Assembly: GCA_040754335.1 (NCBI GenBank)
Contig: JBFMCV010000006.1
Location: forward strand, 80,710 to 144,709
DNA length: 64,000 nt
Source of the DNA: Thermodesulfobacteriota bacterium
GTDB lineage: Bacteria > Desulfobacterota_D > UBA1144 > Nemesobacterales > UBA2774
Direction: 5' to 3'
Part shown: positions 26,917 through 35,756 of the stretch, one piece after another
Position numbering within the stretch: the stretch's first letter is position 1
Layout: the number at the start of each line of letters is the position of its first letter
Notes under the pieces: model-generated
What the model saw: only the letters and a program-made list of their open reading frames with translations
Database searches by the model: none
What the model was told of the DNA's origin: nothing
Program-made: the position numbers and the translations under genes

Positions 26917-29034
26917 TTGACTATACAACCAAAAAAGGTCGATGCCATGATTTTCGGTAAACATTACGGGCTTGAGACCGGATCGATTGCCAGGCAGGCT
27001 AACGGAGCAGTATTCGCGCGGTACGAGGACACGGCGGTTCTTGCCACCGTTGTCGCACTGGAGGAAAAATCTGAAGGGGAAGACTTCCTTCCGCTGACCA
27101 TCAATTACCAGGAGAAATCGGCTGCTGCCGGGAAGATACCGGGCGGATATTTCAAAAGGGAGGGCAGGCCTAACGAAAAGGAGGTCCTGACTTCGAGGCT
27201 TATCGACAGGCCGATAAGACCCCTTATACCGAATGATTTTACTTACCAGACACAGATTATCGTCACCGTATTCTCGGCCGACCCGGACCACGATCCGGAC
27301 GTGCTGTCACTCACGGCGTCCTCTGCCGCTCTCATGGTATCGGACATACCTTTCGACGGGCCTCTCGCCGCGGTAAGGGTAGGCAGGGTAGGCGGCTCGT
27401 TCATATGCAACCCCACGAAGAAAGACCTTGCCGAGAGCGATATGAACATCGTCGTCGCGGGGACGAAAGACGCGATCGTCATGGTCGAGGGCGGGGCGAA
27501 CGAAGTACCGGAGCCTGAAATAGTGGACGCCCTCATGTTCGCTCATCAGAGCATCCAGGAGTTTATCAAGCTCCAGGAAGACCTCGTAGCGGGTCTCGAT
27601 ATACAGAAACGGGAACCGGAGCCGGCGGTCGCCGACGATCCGATCGAAGCCGAGGTCCTCGCCTATGCCGGGCAGAAATTGAAGGAAACCTTTATGTCCG
27701 CCTCCAAGGCCGAGAGGAGGCAGCGTATAAAGAGCATACGCGCGGAGACGGAGGAACATTTAAAGTCACTCCATCCCGACGAGGAAGTCGACGTCTCCAG
27801 GCCGTTCGAAAAGATATTGAAGGACTTGGTAAGGGAGCTCATAGTAAAGGACAAGATAAGGCTCGACGGCAGGGGATACGCCGACGTAAGACAAATTTAC
27901 GGAGAGGTCGGATTCCTTTCCAGGGCGCACGGCTCGGCACTCTTTACGAGGGGGGAGACCCAGGCGGCCGTTACGGCGACACTGGGCACGACTTACGACG
28001 AGCAGAGGATAGACTCCCTCGAGGGCGACATCACCAAGACGTTCATGCTCCATTACAACTTCCCCCCCTACAGCGTGGGCGAAGTGAGCTTCAGGCTCGG
28101 GCCGGGACGGAGGGAAATAGGGCACGGGGCTCTCGCGGAGAGGTCTATAATTCCCGTGCTCCCGAAAAAGGAGCAATTCCCCTATACGATTCGCGTGGTA
28201 TCCGACGTGCTCGAATCGAACGGCTCGTCCTCGATGGCCACGGTCTGCGGCGCGACGCTCTCGCTCATGGACGCAGGCGTCCCCATCTCCGCCCCGGTAG
28301 GCGGCATAGCGATGGGGCTTATCAAGGAAGGCGACGAATTCGTGATCCTCACCGATATACTCGGGGACGAAGACCACCTGGGGGATATGGATTTCAAGGT
28401 CGCCGGCACGAAAACCGGCGTGACCGCGCTCCAGATGGATATAAAAGTTACGGGGGTCACGAAAGAGATTCTTTCGGCCGCCCTTGAGCAGGCCAAGGCA
28501 GCGCGTCTTACTGTCCTCGACAAGATGAGCGGTATCCTCGAAGCACCGAGAGAGGAAATATCGACATACGCGCCGAGAATACTCACCATGCAGATAAGCC
28601 AGGACAAGATAAAGGACGTAATCGGCTCGGGCGGCAAGACAATCAAGAAGATAGTAGAGATAACCGGCGTCCAGATCGATATAGACGATACCGGAAGGGT
28701 GAATATAGCCTCACCCGACAGGGAAGCCTGCGATAAAGCGGTCAGGATAATTCAGGGGATAGTGGAAGAGATCGAAGTCGGAAAATATTACCGCGGGGTC
28801 GTAAAGAGGATTCTCGATTTCGGGGCCATCGTGGAGCTTGGCTACGGTAAGGACGGGCTTGTGCATATATCGGAGCTCGCCCCGACGAGGGTCAAGAGCG
28901 TCACCGACATCCTTAAAGAAAAAGACGAGGTCTTAGTCAAGTGCATCGGCAAGGAGCACGACGGCAAGATAAGGCTCAGCAGGAAGCAGGCGCTTGACCA
29001 GAATATAGAAAATTACACGAGCAGCGCTATATAA
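26917..29034 (+). CDS. pnp: Polyribonucleotide nucleotidyltransferase (PNPase)
   Basis: Two RNase PH domains plus KH and S1 (ISQDKIKDVIGSGGKTIKKI; GVVKRILDFGAIVEL). AGGAGG lies 7 nt before TTG 26917. Confidence 0.96.
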   Translation: MTIQPKKVDAMIFGKHYGLETGSIARQANGAVFARYEDTAVLATVVALEEKSEGEDFLPLTINYQEKSAAAGKIPGGYFKREGRPNEKEVLTSRLIDRPIRPLIPNDFTYQTQIIVTVFSADPDHDPDVLSLTASSAALMVSDIPFDGPLAAVRVGRVGGSFICNPTKKDLAESDMNIVVAGTKDAIVMVEGGANEVPEPEIVDALMFAHQSIQEFIKLQEDLVAGLDIQKREPEPAVADDPIEAEVLAYAGQKLKETFMSASKAERRQRIKSIRAETEEHLKSLHPDEEVDVSRPFEKILKDLVRELIVKDKIRLDGRGYADVRQIYGEVGFLSRAHGSALFTRGETQAAVTATLGTTYDEQRIDSLEGDITKTFMLHYNFPPYSVGEVSFRLGPGRREIGHGALAERSIIPVLPKKEQFPYTIRVVSDVLESNGSSSMATVCGATLSLMDAGVPISAPVGGIAMGLIKEGDEFVILTDILGDEDHLGDMDFKVAGTKTGVTALQMDIKVTGVTKEILSAALEQAKAARLTVLDKMSGILEAPREEISTYAPRILTMQISQDKIKDVIGSGGKTIKKIVEITGVQIDIDDTGRVNIASPDREACDKAVRIIQGIVEEIEVGKYYRGVVKRILDFGAIVELGYGKDGLVHISELAPTRVKSVTDILKEKDEVLVKCIGKEHDGKIRLSRKQALDQNIENYTSSAI

Positions 29035-29042
29035 GAGAATAG

Positions 29043-29090
29043 TCCCGCCCGGGCCCGCTTTCTTCGGGACCGGCGGGTTTCTTTCTCTGT
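29043..29090 (+). terminator. Intrinsic terminator-like GC-rich hairpin followed by a T-rich tract after pnp
   Basis: CCCGCCCGGGCCCG-CTTTCTT-CGGGACCGGCGGG, then TTTCTTTCTCTGTTC. Confidence 0.5.
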
Positions 29091-29118
29091 TCTCAGATTT
29101 TTTCTTCGCACGTTAAAA

Positions 29119-30045
29119 GTGAAATCCGAAAAACCCAGGCTTCTCGTCGTTCTCGGGCCCACCGCTTCGGGTAAAAGCAGGCTGGGCGTTGAATTAGCGG
29201 AGAGATTCCGCGCCGAGATAGTGAGCGCCGATTCGCTTCAGCTCTATAGACGCCTCGACATCGGCACGGCCAAGCCCACGCCGGAAGAGCGCAGGAGGGT
29301 CCGGCACCATCTCGTCGACGTAATCAACCCTGATGAGGAATTCAACGCCGGAAGATTCAGGGCGGAAGCCCGGAAGGTAATAGAAGAGCTCCACGCCTCG
29401 GGTAAGAGGATAATAATCGTAGGCGGCACTTATCTGTATATCAAAGTGCTTCTATCGGGGCTCATAGAGGACATCCCCTCTGACAGCTCCATAAGGAACG
29501 GGATAAAGAAGCTCAGGGACTCCTTCGGGACCGCGTACGTGTACGAGAGGCTCAAAGCGCTCGACCCGGAGGCTGCGGCCAGGATACATCCCAACGATTA
29601 CGTGAGGGCGGAGAGAGCGCTCGAGGTCTTCTACCTCACGGGGGAGAAAATGTCCCACCTCCAGTCCCTCCACGATTTCGGGGATAGGGAGTACGATTAC
29701 TTAAAGGTAGGGATCTCCGTCGAGCGCGAGGAACTGAGACACAGGGCAGATCTCAGGGTCGATGAGATGATAGCCGAAGGGCTCGTCGACGAAGTGAAAA
29801 GTCTCAGGCTCATGGGTTACGGCCCTGAGTTAAAACCTATGCAGTCCATCGGCTATAAAGAGATTAACCGCTACCTCGACGGAGAGCTCAGGCTTGAGGA
29901 AGCGGTCGGGCTTATCAAGCGCGACACCAAACGCTTCGCCAAGCGCCAGATGACCTGGCTAAGGAGAGACAAGGAGATAAACTGGTTCGACCTCCCCGGT
30001 GATTTCGAAAAAGTGCTCTCAGCCTCCCGCGCCTTTTTCGGCTAG
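29119..30045 (+). CDS. miaA: tRNA dimethylallyltransferase MiaA
   Basis: P-loop GPTASGKS, DSLQLYRRLDIGTAKP. GTG start. Confidence 0.92.
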   Translation: MKSEKPRLLVVLGPTASGKSRLGVELAERFRAEIVSADSLQLYRRLDIGTAKPTPEERRRVRHHLVDVINPDEEFNAGRFRAEARKVIEELHASGKRIIIVGGTYLYIKVLLSGLIEDIPSDSSIRNGIKKLRDSFGTAYVYERLKALDPEAAARIHPNDYVRAERALEVFYLTGEKMSHLQSLHDFGDREYDYLKVGISVEREELRHRADLRVDEMIAEGLVDEVKSLRLMGYGPELKPMQSIGYKEINRYLDGELRLEEAVGLIKRDTKRFAKRQMTWLRRDKEINWFDLPGDFEKVLSASRAFFG

Positions 30046-30096
30046 AGTGTATCTCATGCCATGATTTGTGACCCATGTAAATCTGTCTTTAAAAAA

Positions 30097-30390
30097 CCCG
30101 TTCGTACTGAGCTTGTCAAAGTATGAATGGGTTTTTCTGCCTCGCATCGCCTCCGTAGGAGCGGCATCCTGCCGCGACATGAACGTGAACAACCAACCTT
30201 GTCATTTCGAGCAGCGCGAGAAATCTATCTTTTGCATTTATCTTCTAATTCCCTCCGCCTGTCCTGAACTTGTTTCAGGATCTAAAGGAGGGAAAGGGAG
30301 GATTTCGTATTTATCATTCCCGAGCGTTTTAATCGGGAATCTCGTCTTTAAGATTTGAATAATCGCAGCTGGAAGCCGCTCCTACAATTA
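30097..30390. repeat. MITE-like mosaic of hairpin modules bounded by a 23-bp inverted repeat
   Basis: IR arm GTAGGAGCGGCATCCTGCCGCGA (30155-30177) matches the reverse complement of 30363-30385 at 20/23 positions. Contents: module D (30097-30131), B (30201-30226), C (30249-30306) with module A (30262-30283) inserted in its loop, and G (ATTCCCGA..TCGGGAAT, 30317-30340). Confidence 0.8.
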
Positions 30391-30441
30391 TTCAGGCCGA
30401 AGGCGCGGCAATCCCAGACATCAGCGGCGGCCTGTCGTCCC

Positions 30442-30927
30442 TCACGACTCGCGCTTTTTCAACTCCTCGTCTATCCTGAGCATGTAGTCGCTGTCGGGAG
30501 CCGTCTTCTCCGTCCTCTTGCCGGAACCGGCCGCGCTCTTGCCCCCCTGTGATTTGAGGTATATCCCTATGCCGAGCCCCCCGAATACGATCGCGAGGCC
30601 GGGGAGCACCCAGAGGAGCCAGTTCACGCCCTTTGGCGGCGGGGACGCGAGTATCGTTTCCCCGTACCTGTTCACGAAGTAAGCGATGACCTCTTCTTTC
30701 GATTTCCCTTCTTCGAGCTGCTTCCTGATTATCTGCCTCATGTCCTGCGCGAGGTTGGAGTTCGATTCGGCGACGCTCTGCCCCTGGCAGACGGGGCACA
30801 TGAGCTGATGGGCTACCTCGTTCACGCGGTCGTCCAGGCTTTCGGCCGGGGAGTATCCCTGCTGGAAGGCAATAAACAGAAGGGTCAGAATGAAGACGGC
30901 TGAATATCTATTCCGCATGGCAGGCAT
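30442..30927 (-). CDS. ccmH: Cytochrome c-type biogenesis protein CcmH/CycL
   Basis: Signal peptide, LMCPVCQGQSVAESN CxxC motif, C-terminal TM segment. Confidence 0.85.
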   Translation of the reverse strand: MPAMRNRYSAVFILTLLFIAFQQGYSPAESLDDRVNEVAHQLMCPVCQGQSVAESNSNLAQDMRQIIRKQLEEGKSKEEVIAYFVNRYGETILASPPPKGVNWLLWVLPGLAIVFGGLGIGIYLKSQGGKSAAGSGKRTEKTAPDSDYMLRIDEELKKRES

Positions 30928-30932
30928 GGCGT

Positions 30933-31529
30933 CTAGTTCATGGACGATGTCTCTCTGTCAGGTGCGGCAGCCCTGTTGACGTAGTAATCGATTATTTCCT
31001 CCGTCAGCGGGCCGTCGTACTTATCCGTAATTATACCCGAGGGGCCGATAAAGTAGGTCTCTGGCACGCCCCCTATGCCGTAGTCGACCTGAATCTCCTC
31101 TTCTGGGTCTATTCCCTGGGGATACCCCCCTCCGAACCGCTCGATGTATGAAGCGGCGCTTGAGCTCTCGTCCCATACGTTAACGCCGATGAACACGACA
31201 TTTTTATCTTTATATTTGAGCCACGACTGCTCTAGCGCAGGGGCTTCCTGCCTGCACGGCATGCACCAGGACGCCCAGAAATTGAGAAGCACAGTTTTCC
31301 CTTTAAGCTCGGACAGGCTTACCCTTTTCCCGTCGAAGAGCTTTAGCGTGAATTCGGGCGCTTCCTTCCCGACGAGCGGGGATGTCTTCACGTTTTCCCT
31401 CTCCCCGAAGAGGGCGTATCCGAGGAGGGCGAGTACGAGGAAAATGACCGCGAGAACCCCAAGCTTCGTCCCTGTGTTTAATATGCTCATGTGTCTTTCC
31501 TTGATCGTGCTAGGTGATATTATAGCCAA
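30933..31529 (-). CDS. ccmG: Thiol:disulfide interchange protein (CcmG/DsbE, TlpA family)
   Basis: WASWCMPC thioredoxin motif and N-terminal membrane anchor. Lies immediately upstream of ccmH. Confidence 0.85.
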   Translation of the reverse strand: MAIISPSTIKERHMSILNTGTKLGVLAVIFLVLALLGYALFGERENVKTSPLVGKEAPEFTLKLFDGKRVSLSELKGKTVLLNFWASWCMPCRQEAPALEQSWLKYKDKNVVFIGVNVWDESSSAASYIERFGGGYPQGIDPEEEIQVDYGIGGVPETYFIGPSGIITDKYDGPLTEEIIDYYVNRAAAPDRETSSMN

Positions 31530-31622
31530 TCGGGGGAATCTTTCATCCCCAAGAGGCTCTCGCAGTTAATAATTTTATTTCTAATCAGTTAAAGGACTTT
31601 TCCCGGCAGATGTGATATAATA

Positions 31623-33404
31623 TTGGCTCGGGGTTACTGGGTTCCGTCGGCGCACATGAACAGAGATATAGATAAAGTAAGGAACACGAGCATGAGGCTC
31701 CATGATGAGGAAGTGGAGCGGTTCAGGGCGCTCCTGGATTATAATATTCTCGATACCGGGCCCGATCCCGCCTTCGACGAGCTCGCGCGGCTCGCGGCTT
31801 ACATCTCCAGGACCCCGATCGCCCTTATTACGTTCGTCGACGAGAACAGGGAGTGGTTCAAGTCTGTCATAGGCATAGAATGCCCGATTAGTGAAGTCCC
31901 CCGCGACAAGTCGTTCGGCGCTTACGTCATAAATCACCCGGATGATGCGCTTGCGATATCGAGGCCGCTCGAGGACGAGAGGACAAGGCAGAACCCTTTC
32001 CTCGCGGCCAATCCCGATATAAAGTTTATTGCGGGTCTTCCGCTTGTGGACGGAAACGGCCACAGGATAGGCTCGCTCACGCTGGCGGGTTTTTTACCCA
32101 AAGACCTGAGCTATGAGCAGGTTTCGATGCTCCAGACTGTTGCCGGGAACGTCATGCTCAGGCTCGAGCGGGGACGGAGCGCTTCCGGCCTCGGCGAGCC
32201 GGTGCCTTCCCTGCGGATCAGTGACGAGAAGCCGCTTTCGGAAAAGGATGTTCCGGGTGAAGACGAGGAGAATAACATCCGTGCCCTCAGCGATGGCGCT
32301 CCGGTCATCGGCGAGAAAATTTTAGGCGATATTGAAATCGACGGCGAAGAGGAGAACAGCACCACTATCAGAAAAGATATACAGGACCTCATCGGCAGGC
32401 TCGAAAGGCAGAACAGGAAGCTCATCCTCCTTTGCGAAATGGACGAATTGCTCCAGGCTTCTCACGACGAGGAAGAGGTTTACACTATCGTCACGAATTT
32501 CAGCAACAAGCTCTTTCCCGGCGAGCCGGGGGCGCTGTTCATATTCAACGATGTCCTGAATATCCTCGAATGCGTTTCCGCCTGGGGGGAGGGGATAAAC
32601 AGCGAGCGCGAATTCCTCCCCGACAAATGCTGGGCGCTCAGGCTCGGCAGGCTCCATTATGTGAATAACCAGCCCACCGAGCTCTACTGTCAGCACCTGA
32701 CCGAGACTTCGGGTATAAACTATTACTGCGCGCCGATGCTTGCGAGGGGCAAGACCCTCGGGCTTTTCTACATCCACAACGGGTTCGGGAATGTTGAAGG
32801 GCCTGTCAGCGAGCGTGACAATATTTACACGAGCCATATCGTTTCGACTATGGCGAAGCTCACCGCGCTCGCCCTCGGGAACATAAAGCACCATGAGGCG
32901 CTCCAGAACTACGCGATCTACGATTCTCTCACGGGCCTTTTCAACAGGCGTTATATGGAGGAGACGCTCAAGAGGGAAATCAGCAGGGTCGCGCGCAACA
33001 AGGAGCCCCTCGGTCTCATAATGGTCGATATCGACCACTTCAAGCAGTTCAACGACGCTTACGGGCATGCGGCGGGGGACATGCTGCTCCGCAGCATAGG
33101 CGACTTTTTTAAGGACCGTATCAGGCGCGAGGACATCGCCTGCCGTTACGGGGGAGAAGAATTCGTCCTGATACTCCCGGGGTCGTCCCTCGAGAATACG
33201 TACCGGAGGGCCGAGCAGCTCCACGACGAGATCAAGCGCGTCCGTGTACGCCACCGCGGGAGCTTCATCAGCTCGGTAGAGGTGTCAATGGGCGTCGTGG
33301 TCTTTTCGGAGCACGGAACTTCCGCCGAGCTCCTCCTGGAATCGGCCGACAAGGCGCTCTATAAGGCGAAAGCCCAGGGGCGGAACAGGATAGTAGTCGC
33401 CTGA
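31623..33404 (+). CDS. GAF domain-containing diguanylate cyclase
   Basis: C-terminal GGDEF domain (RYGGEEF) with an RxxD I-site (RRED) 5 residues upstream. N-terminal GAF-like region (LDYNILDTGPDPAFDELARLA), acidic linker, then a second sensory region. Confidence 0.88.
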   Translation: MARGYWVPSAHMNRDIDKVRNTSMRLHDEEVERFRALLDYNILDTGPDPAFDELARLAAYISRTPIALITFVDENREWFKSVIGIECPISEVPRDKSFGAYVINHPDDALAISRPLEDERTRQNPFLAANPDIKFIAGLPLVDGNGHRIGSLTLAGFLPKDLSYEQVSMLQTVAGNVMLRLERGRSASGLGEPVPSLRISDEKPLSEKDVPGEDEENNIRALSDGAPVIGEKILGDIEIDGEEENSTTIRKDIQDLIGRLERQNRKLILLCEMDELLQASHDEEEVYTIVTNFSNKLFPGEPGALFIFNDVLNILECVSAWGEGINSEREFLPDKCWALRLGRLHYVNNQPTELYCQHLTETSGINYYCAPMLARGKTLGLFYIHNGFGNVEGPVSERDNIYTSHIVSTMAKLTALALGNIKHHEALQNYAIYDSLTGLFNRRYMEETLKREISRVARNKEPLGLIMVDIDHFKQFNDAYGHAAGDMLLRSIGDFFKDRIRREDIACRYGGEEFVLILPGSSLENTYRRAEQLHDEIKRVRVRHRGSFISSVEVSMGVVVFSEHGTSAELLLESADKALYKAKAQGRNRIVVA

Positions 33405-33452
33405 GCGCTCAACTGAGAGCGTATCTCTATTTACAACAGCCTGACCTGAACC

Positions 33453-33872
33453 TTATTTGTTAGACGTGGTGCCGAACGCCCTCAAATCCTCAACATTCTC
33501 GAAATAATAGACCTTGCCGTCGGGCGCCGCCCCAATAACGGCAGTCGATTTATCCACATCTTTCCCGCTCACGGGGTCTACGGCCATACGGCTCGAAGGG
33601 TCTTCCTTCAGCTTCGCCTCGCACATCTGGCAGCAGCCGTAGTACATTTTGCCTTCGACCTGGACCGGTATCTGCTCCTTGTCGTAGAGCTGGTTCGTGA
33701 CCATGCACACGTATTTCGACTCGACCTGCTTGAGCTCGGGCTGTGTATCAGCCTGTGTCGAGCCGCTTCCCTGGTTCTGCGCCCTCGGCGCCTGAACGAA
33801 GAGCGTCATGGCGGCTGTTAAAACCAGAGAGACAATCAATATGGAAATGATCCTCGAGATTCCCGTACTCAT
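33453..33872 (-). CDS. Exported TRASH/YHS-like metal-binding protein, paralog 1
   Basis: Signal peptide. C-x23-C-x3-C pattern (YVCM...YYGCCQMC) followed by a Cys-less YHS-like half (VDPVSGKDV...KVYYFENVEDL). AGGAGG lies 8 nt before ATG 33872. Paralog of 35240-35665. Confidence 0.75.
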   Translation of the reverse strand: MSTGISRIISILIVSLVLTAAMTLFVQAPRAQNQGSGSTQADTQPELKQVESKYVCMVTNQLYDKEQIPVQVEGKMYYGCCQMCEAKLKEDPSSRMAVDPVSGKDVDKSTAVIGAAPDGKVYYFENVEDLRAFGTTSNK

Positions 33873-33949
33873 AATCAAAACCTCCTGTATGTCTTTATAG
33901 CGGGCACAAACGAATTATAAACGATCTCCCGCTCCTCTTCTATTTTTCT

Positions 33950-34471
33950 TTAATGATTGTTATGCTGACCGTCCGGGTTCTTTCCCGCCTCGCTCTTCAT
34001 CTGTTTATACTCCTCGTGCGTCATCTCGGGGAGCCTCACGACAAATGCCGTTATGCCCCATATCTCGTCATCCGAGTATGTGGAGCCTGATTCCGGCATT
34101 CCCGTCATTTTTATGCCGTTCTTGATAACCCAGAAGATCTCGGCGGGCCTCAGCGCGCGGGCCGCGTCCGCAAGGTCGGGTGGAGCCGGGTTAAACCCTT
34201 CCGCCTGATCGATGCCGGGCGCGCCGTGGCAGCCGACGCACATGTTTTCATAGTGCTCGAACCCCTCCCCCACGAGCGCCTCGCTCTCGAGAGCGGGCTC
34301 CTTGATTCCCTCCGCGTGTTTCCTTATCGAGCTGATTTTCGCCGTGTTGAAGACCCACGTTACGATTTCCGAGTGCGGTACCGTCGCCGCTATGTTATAG
34401 GTCCCGGAATAGATAAAAATTACGGCGCCCAGAATAAAAAAGCATATGAGAACGAAAAATGCCCTGATCAT
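33950..34471 (-). CDS. Membrane-anchored monoheme c-type cytochrome
   Basis: N-terminal TM helix, CVGCHG heme-binding site, and MTGMP as a candidate axial Met. Confidence 0.85.
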   Translation of the reverse strand: MIRAFFVLICFFILGAVIFIYSGTYNIAATVPHSEIVTWVFNTAKISSIRKHAEGIKEPALESEALVGEGFEHYENMCVGCHGAPGIDQAEGFNPAPPDLADAARALRPAEIFWVIKNGIKMTGMPESGSTYSDDEIWGITAFVVRLPEMTHEEYKQMKSEAGKNPDGQHNNH

Positions 34472-34714
34472 TTTTTGCCCTCCTCCCTTGTATATTGGAT
34501 CGTTTAAATCGAAACCGACACGCAGTCAAAGACTTGAGAGCGTATAATTCTATATCGGCGTATCACACGGGACCGTCTCTACGGTTATTATAAACTTTTT
34601 TAACGCGACTCGCTTTCTCCCAACATTTCCCTGTTTTACATTTTAAGATAACCATTTTACCCCTTCCCCGGGCGGGGGAGACTGGAATTGGCCCTCACCC
34701 GGGGAATGTTTCCA

Positions 34715-35089
34715 TCACTGAGGCTTCGGAGAACTCTGGCTCTCTGCCTCTTGCGCCATCTTCTTGTGCTCCGCCGCCATCTCTCTATACTGTTCGGCGG
34801 ATGCCTTCGAATCGGCGGCCAGCTTCACACAGTGGGTCGACATACCGGCCATCTTTCCTCCCTCGTACGCCTCAGCCATTGAATCGTGCAGGGTAGCCTT
34901 CTTTTCCATCAAGACCGCCTGCTCTTCGTAATACTCCGCGATCTTGATATGGTCTTCGGGCGTATCCGCCGTTTCGATCAGCACGGTGATGTCCACTTCC
35001 TCTTCAGTGCTCGCTGGAATTCCTCTGCTGAGAGAAAAAACCAACACGGCCATTGTGAAAGCTGCTAAGATTAACATCGACTTCTTCAT
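34715..35089 (-). CDS. Exported Met/His/Glu-rich helical hypothetical protein
   Basis: AGGAGG lies 8 nt before ATG 35089. Signal peptide MKKSMLILAAFTMAVLVF. Met-rich C-terminal half (GGKMAGMSTHC, EMAAEHKKMAQE). Confidence 0.65.
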   Translation of the reverse strand: MKKSMLILAAFTMAVLVFSLSRGIPASTEEEVDITVLIETADTPEDHIKIAEYYEEQAVLMEKKATLHDSMAEAYEGGKMAGMSTHCVKLAADSKASAEQYREMAAEHKKMAQEAESQSSPKPQ

Positions 35090-35239
35090 TAGTATCACCT
35101 CCTTTTTTTATGACGTGTTTTCTCGCTTTGAAGTAACTAGGTTATCAACTGAGCGCGCTTTTCTCCTTACACGCTAGACTGGCGGAATTTTCCCAACAAA
35201 TTTAATAAAATCGATTTCCTGCAACGACCGCGCCATGTG

Positions 35240-35665
35240 TCAATCCTGTGAATTCAAATTACTGTTGAAGCTTTTCAGGTTCTCTTCGCTTTCGAAGTAA
35301 TAAACTGTTCCGTCGGGCATCGTCCCGATTACGGCCGTGGCTTTATCGACCTCGTTGTTGCTTACGGGATCAATCGCGGTGCGGGCGTTCGCGTCACTTT
35401 TCAGCTTCCCTTCGCACATCTGGCAGCAGCCGTAGTAAGTCTTGCCTTCTATCTCGACGGGGATCTGCTCCTTCGCGAACGACTGGTTGTTTATCATGCA
35501 GACGTATTTTGACTCTATAGGGGAAGCGCCCGGCTGAGACTGCTTTTCCGCTAGGCTCTGGTTCGCATCACCTGCATAGGCGCGCTCGTGCAAAAGAGCC
35601 GACACCGTAATCAGACAAAAGCTGAAAATCGTTAATGCTTTCACTGCAAATGCTCTGGTCTTCAT
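35240..35665 (-). CDS. Exported TRASH/YHS-like metal-binding protein, paralog 2
   Basis: Same architecture and C-x23-C-x3-C motif as 33453-33872, roughly half the residues identical by eye. GGGAGGG SD upstream. Confidence 0.75.
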   Translation of the reverse strand: MKTRAFAVKALTIFSFCLITVSALLHERAYAGDANQSLAEKQSQPGASPIESKYVCMINNQSFAKEQIPVEIEGKTYYGCCQMCEGKLKSDANARTAIDPVSNNEVDKATAVIGTMPDGTVYYFESEENLKSFNSNLNSQD

Positions 35666-35756
35666 TGAAGAACCCTCCCTGAGTTTGTTTTGGGTGCTTA
35701 TGCTTCAAACTTTTTAACATTTAGGTATTTTAATTTCTTCGTAAGACAACATTTTG

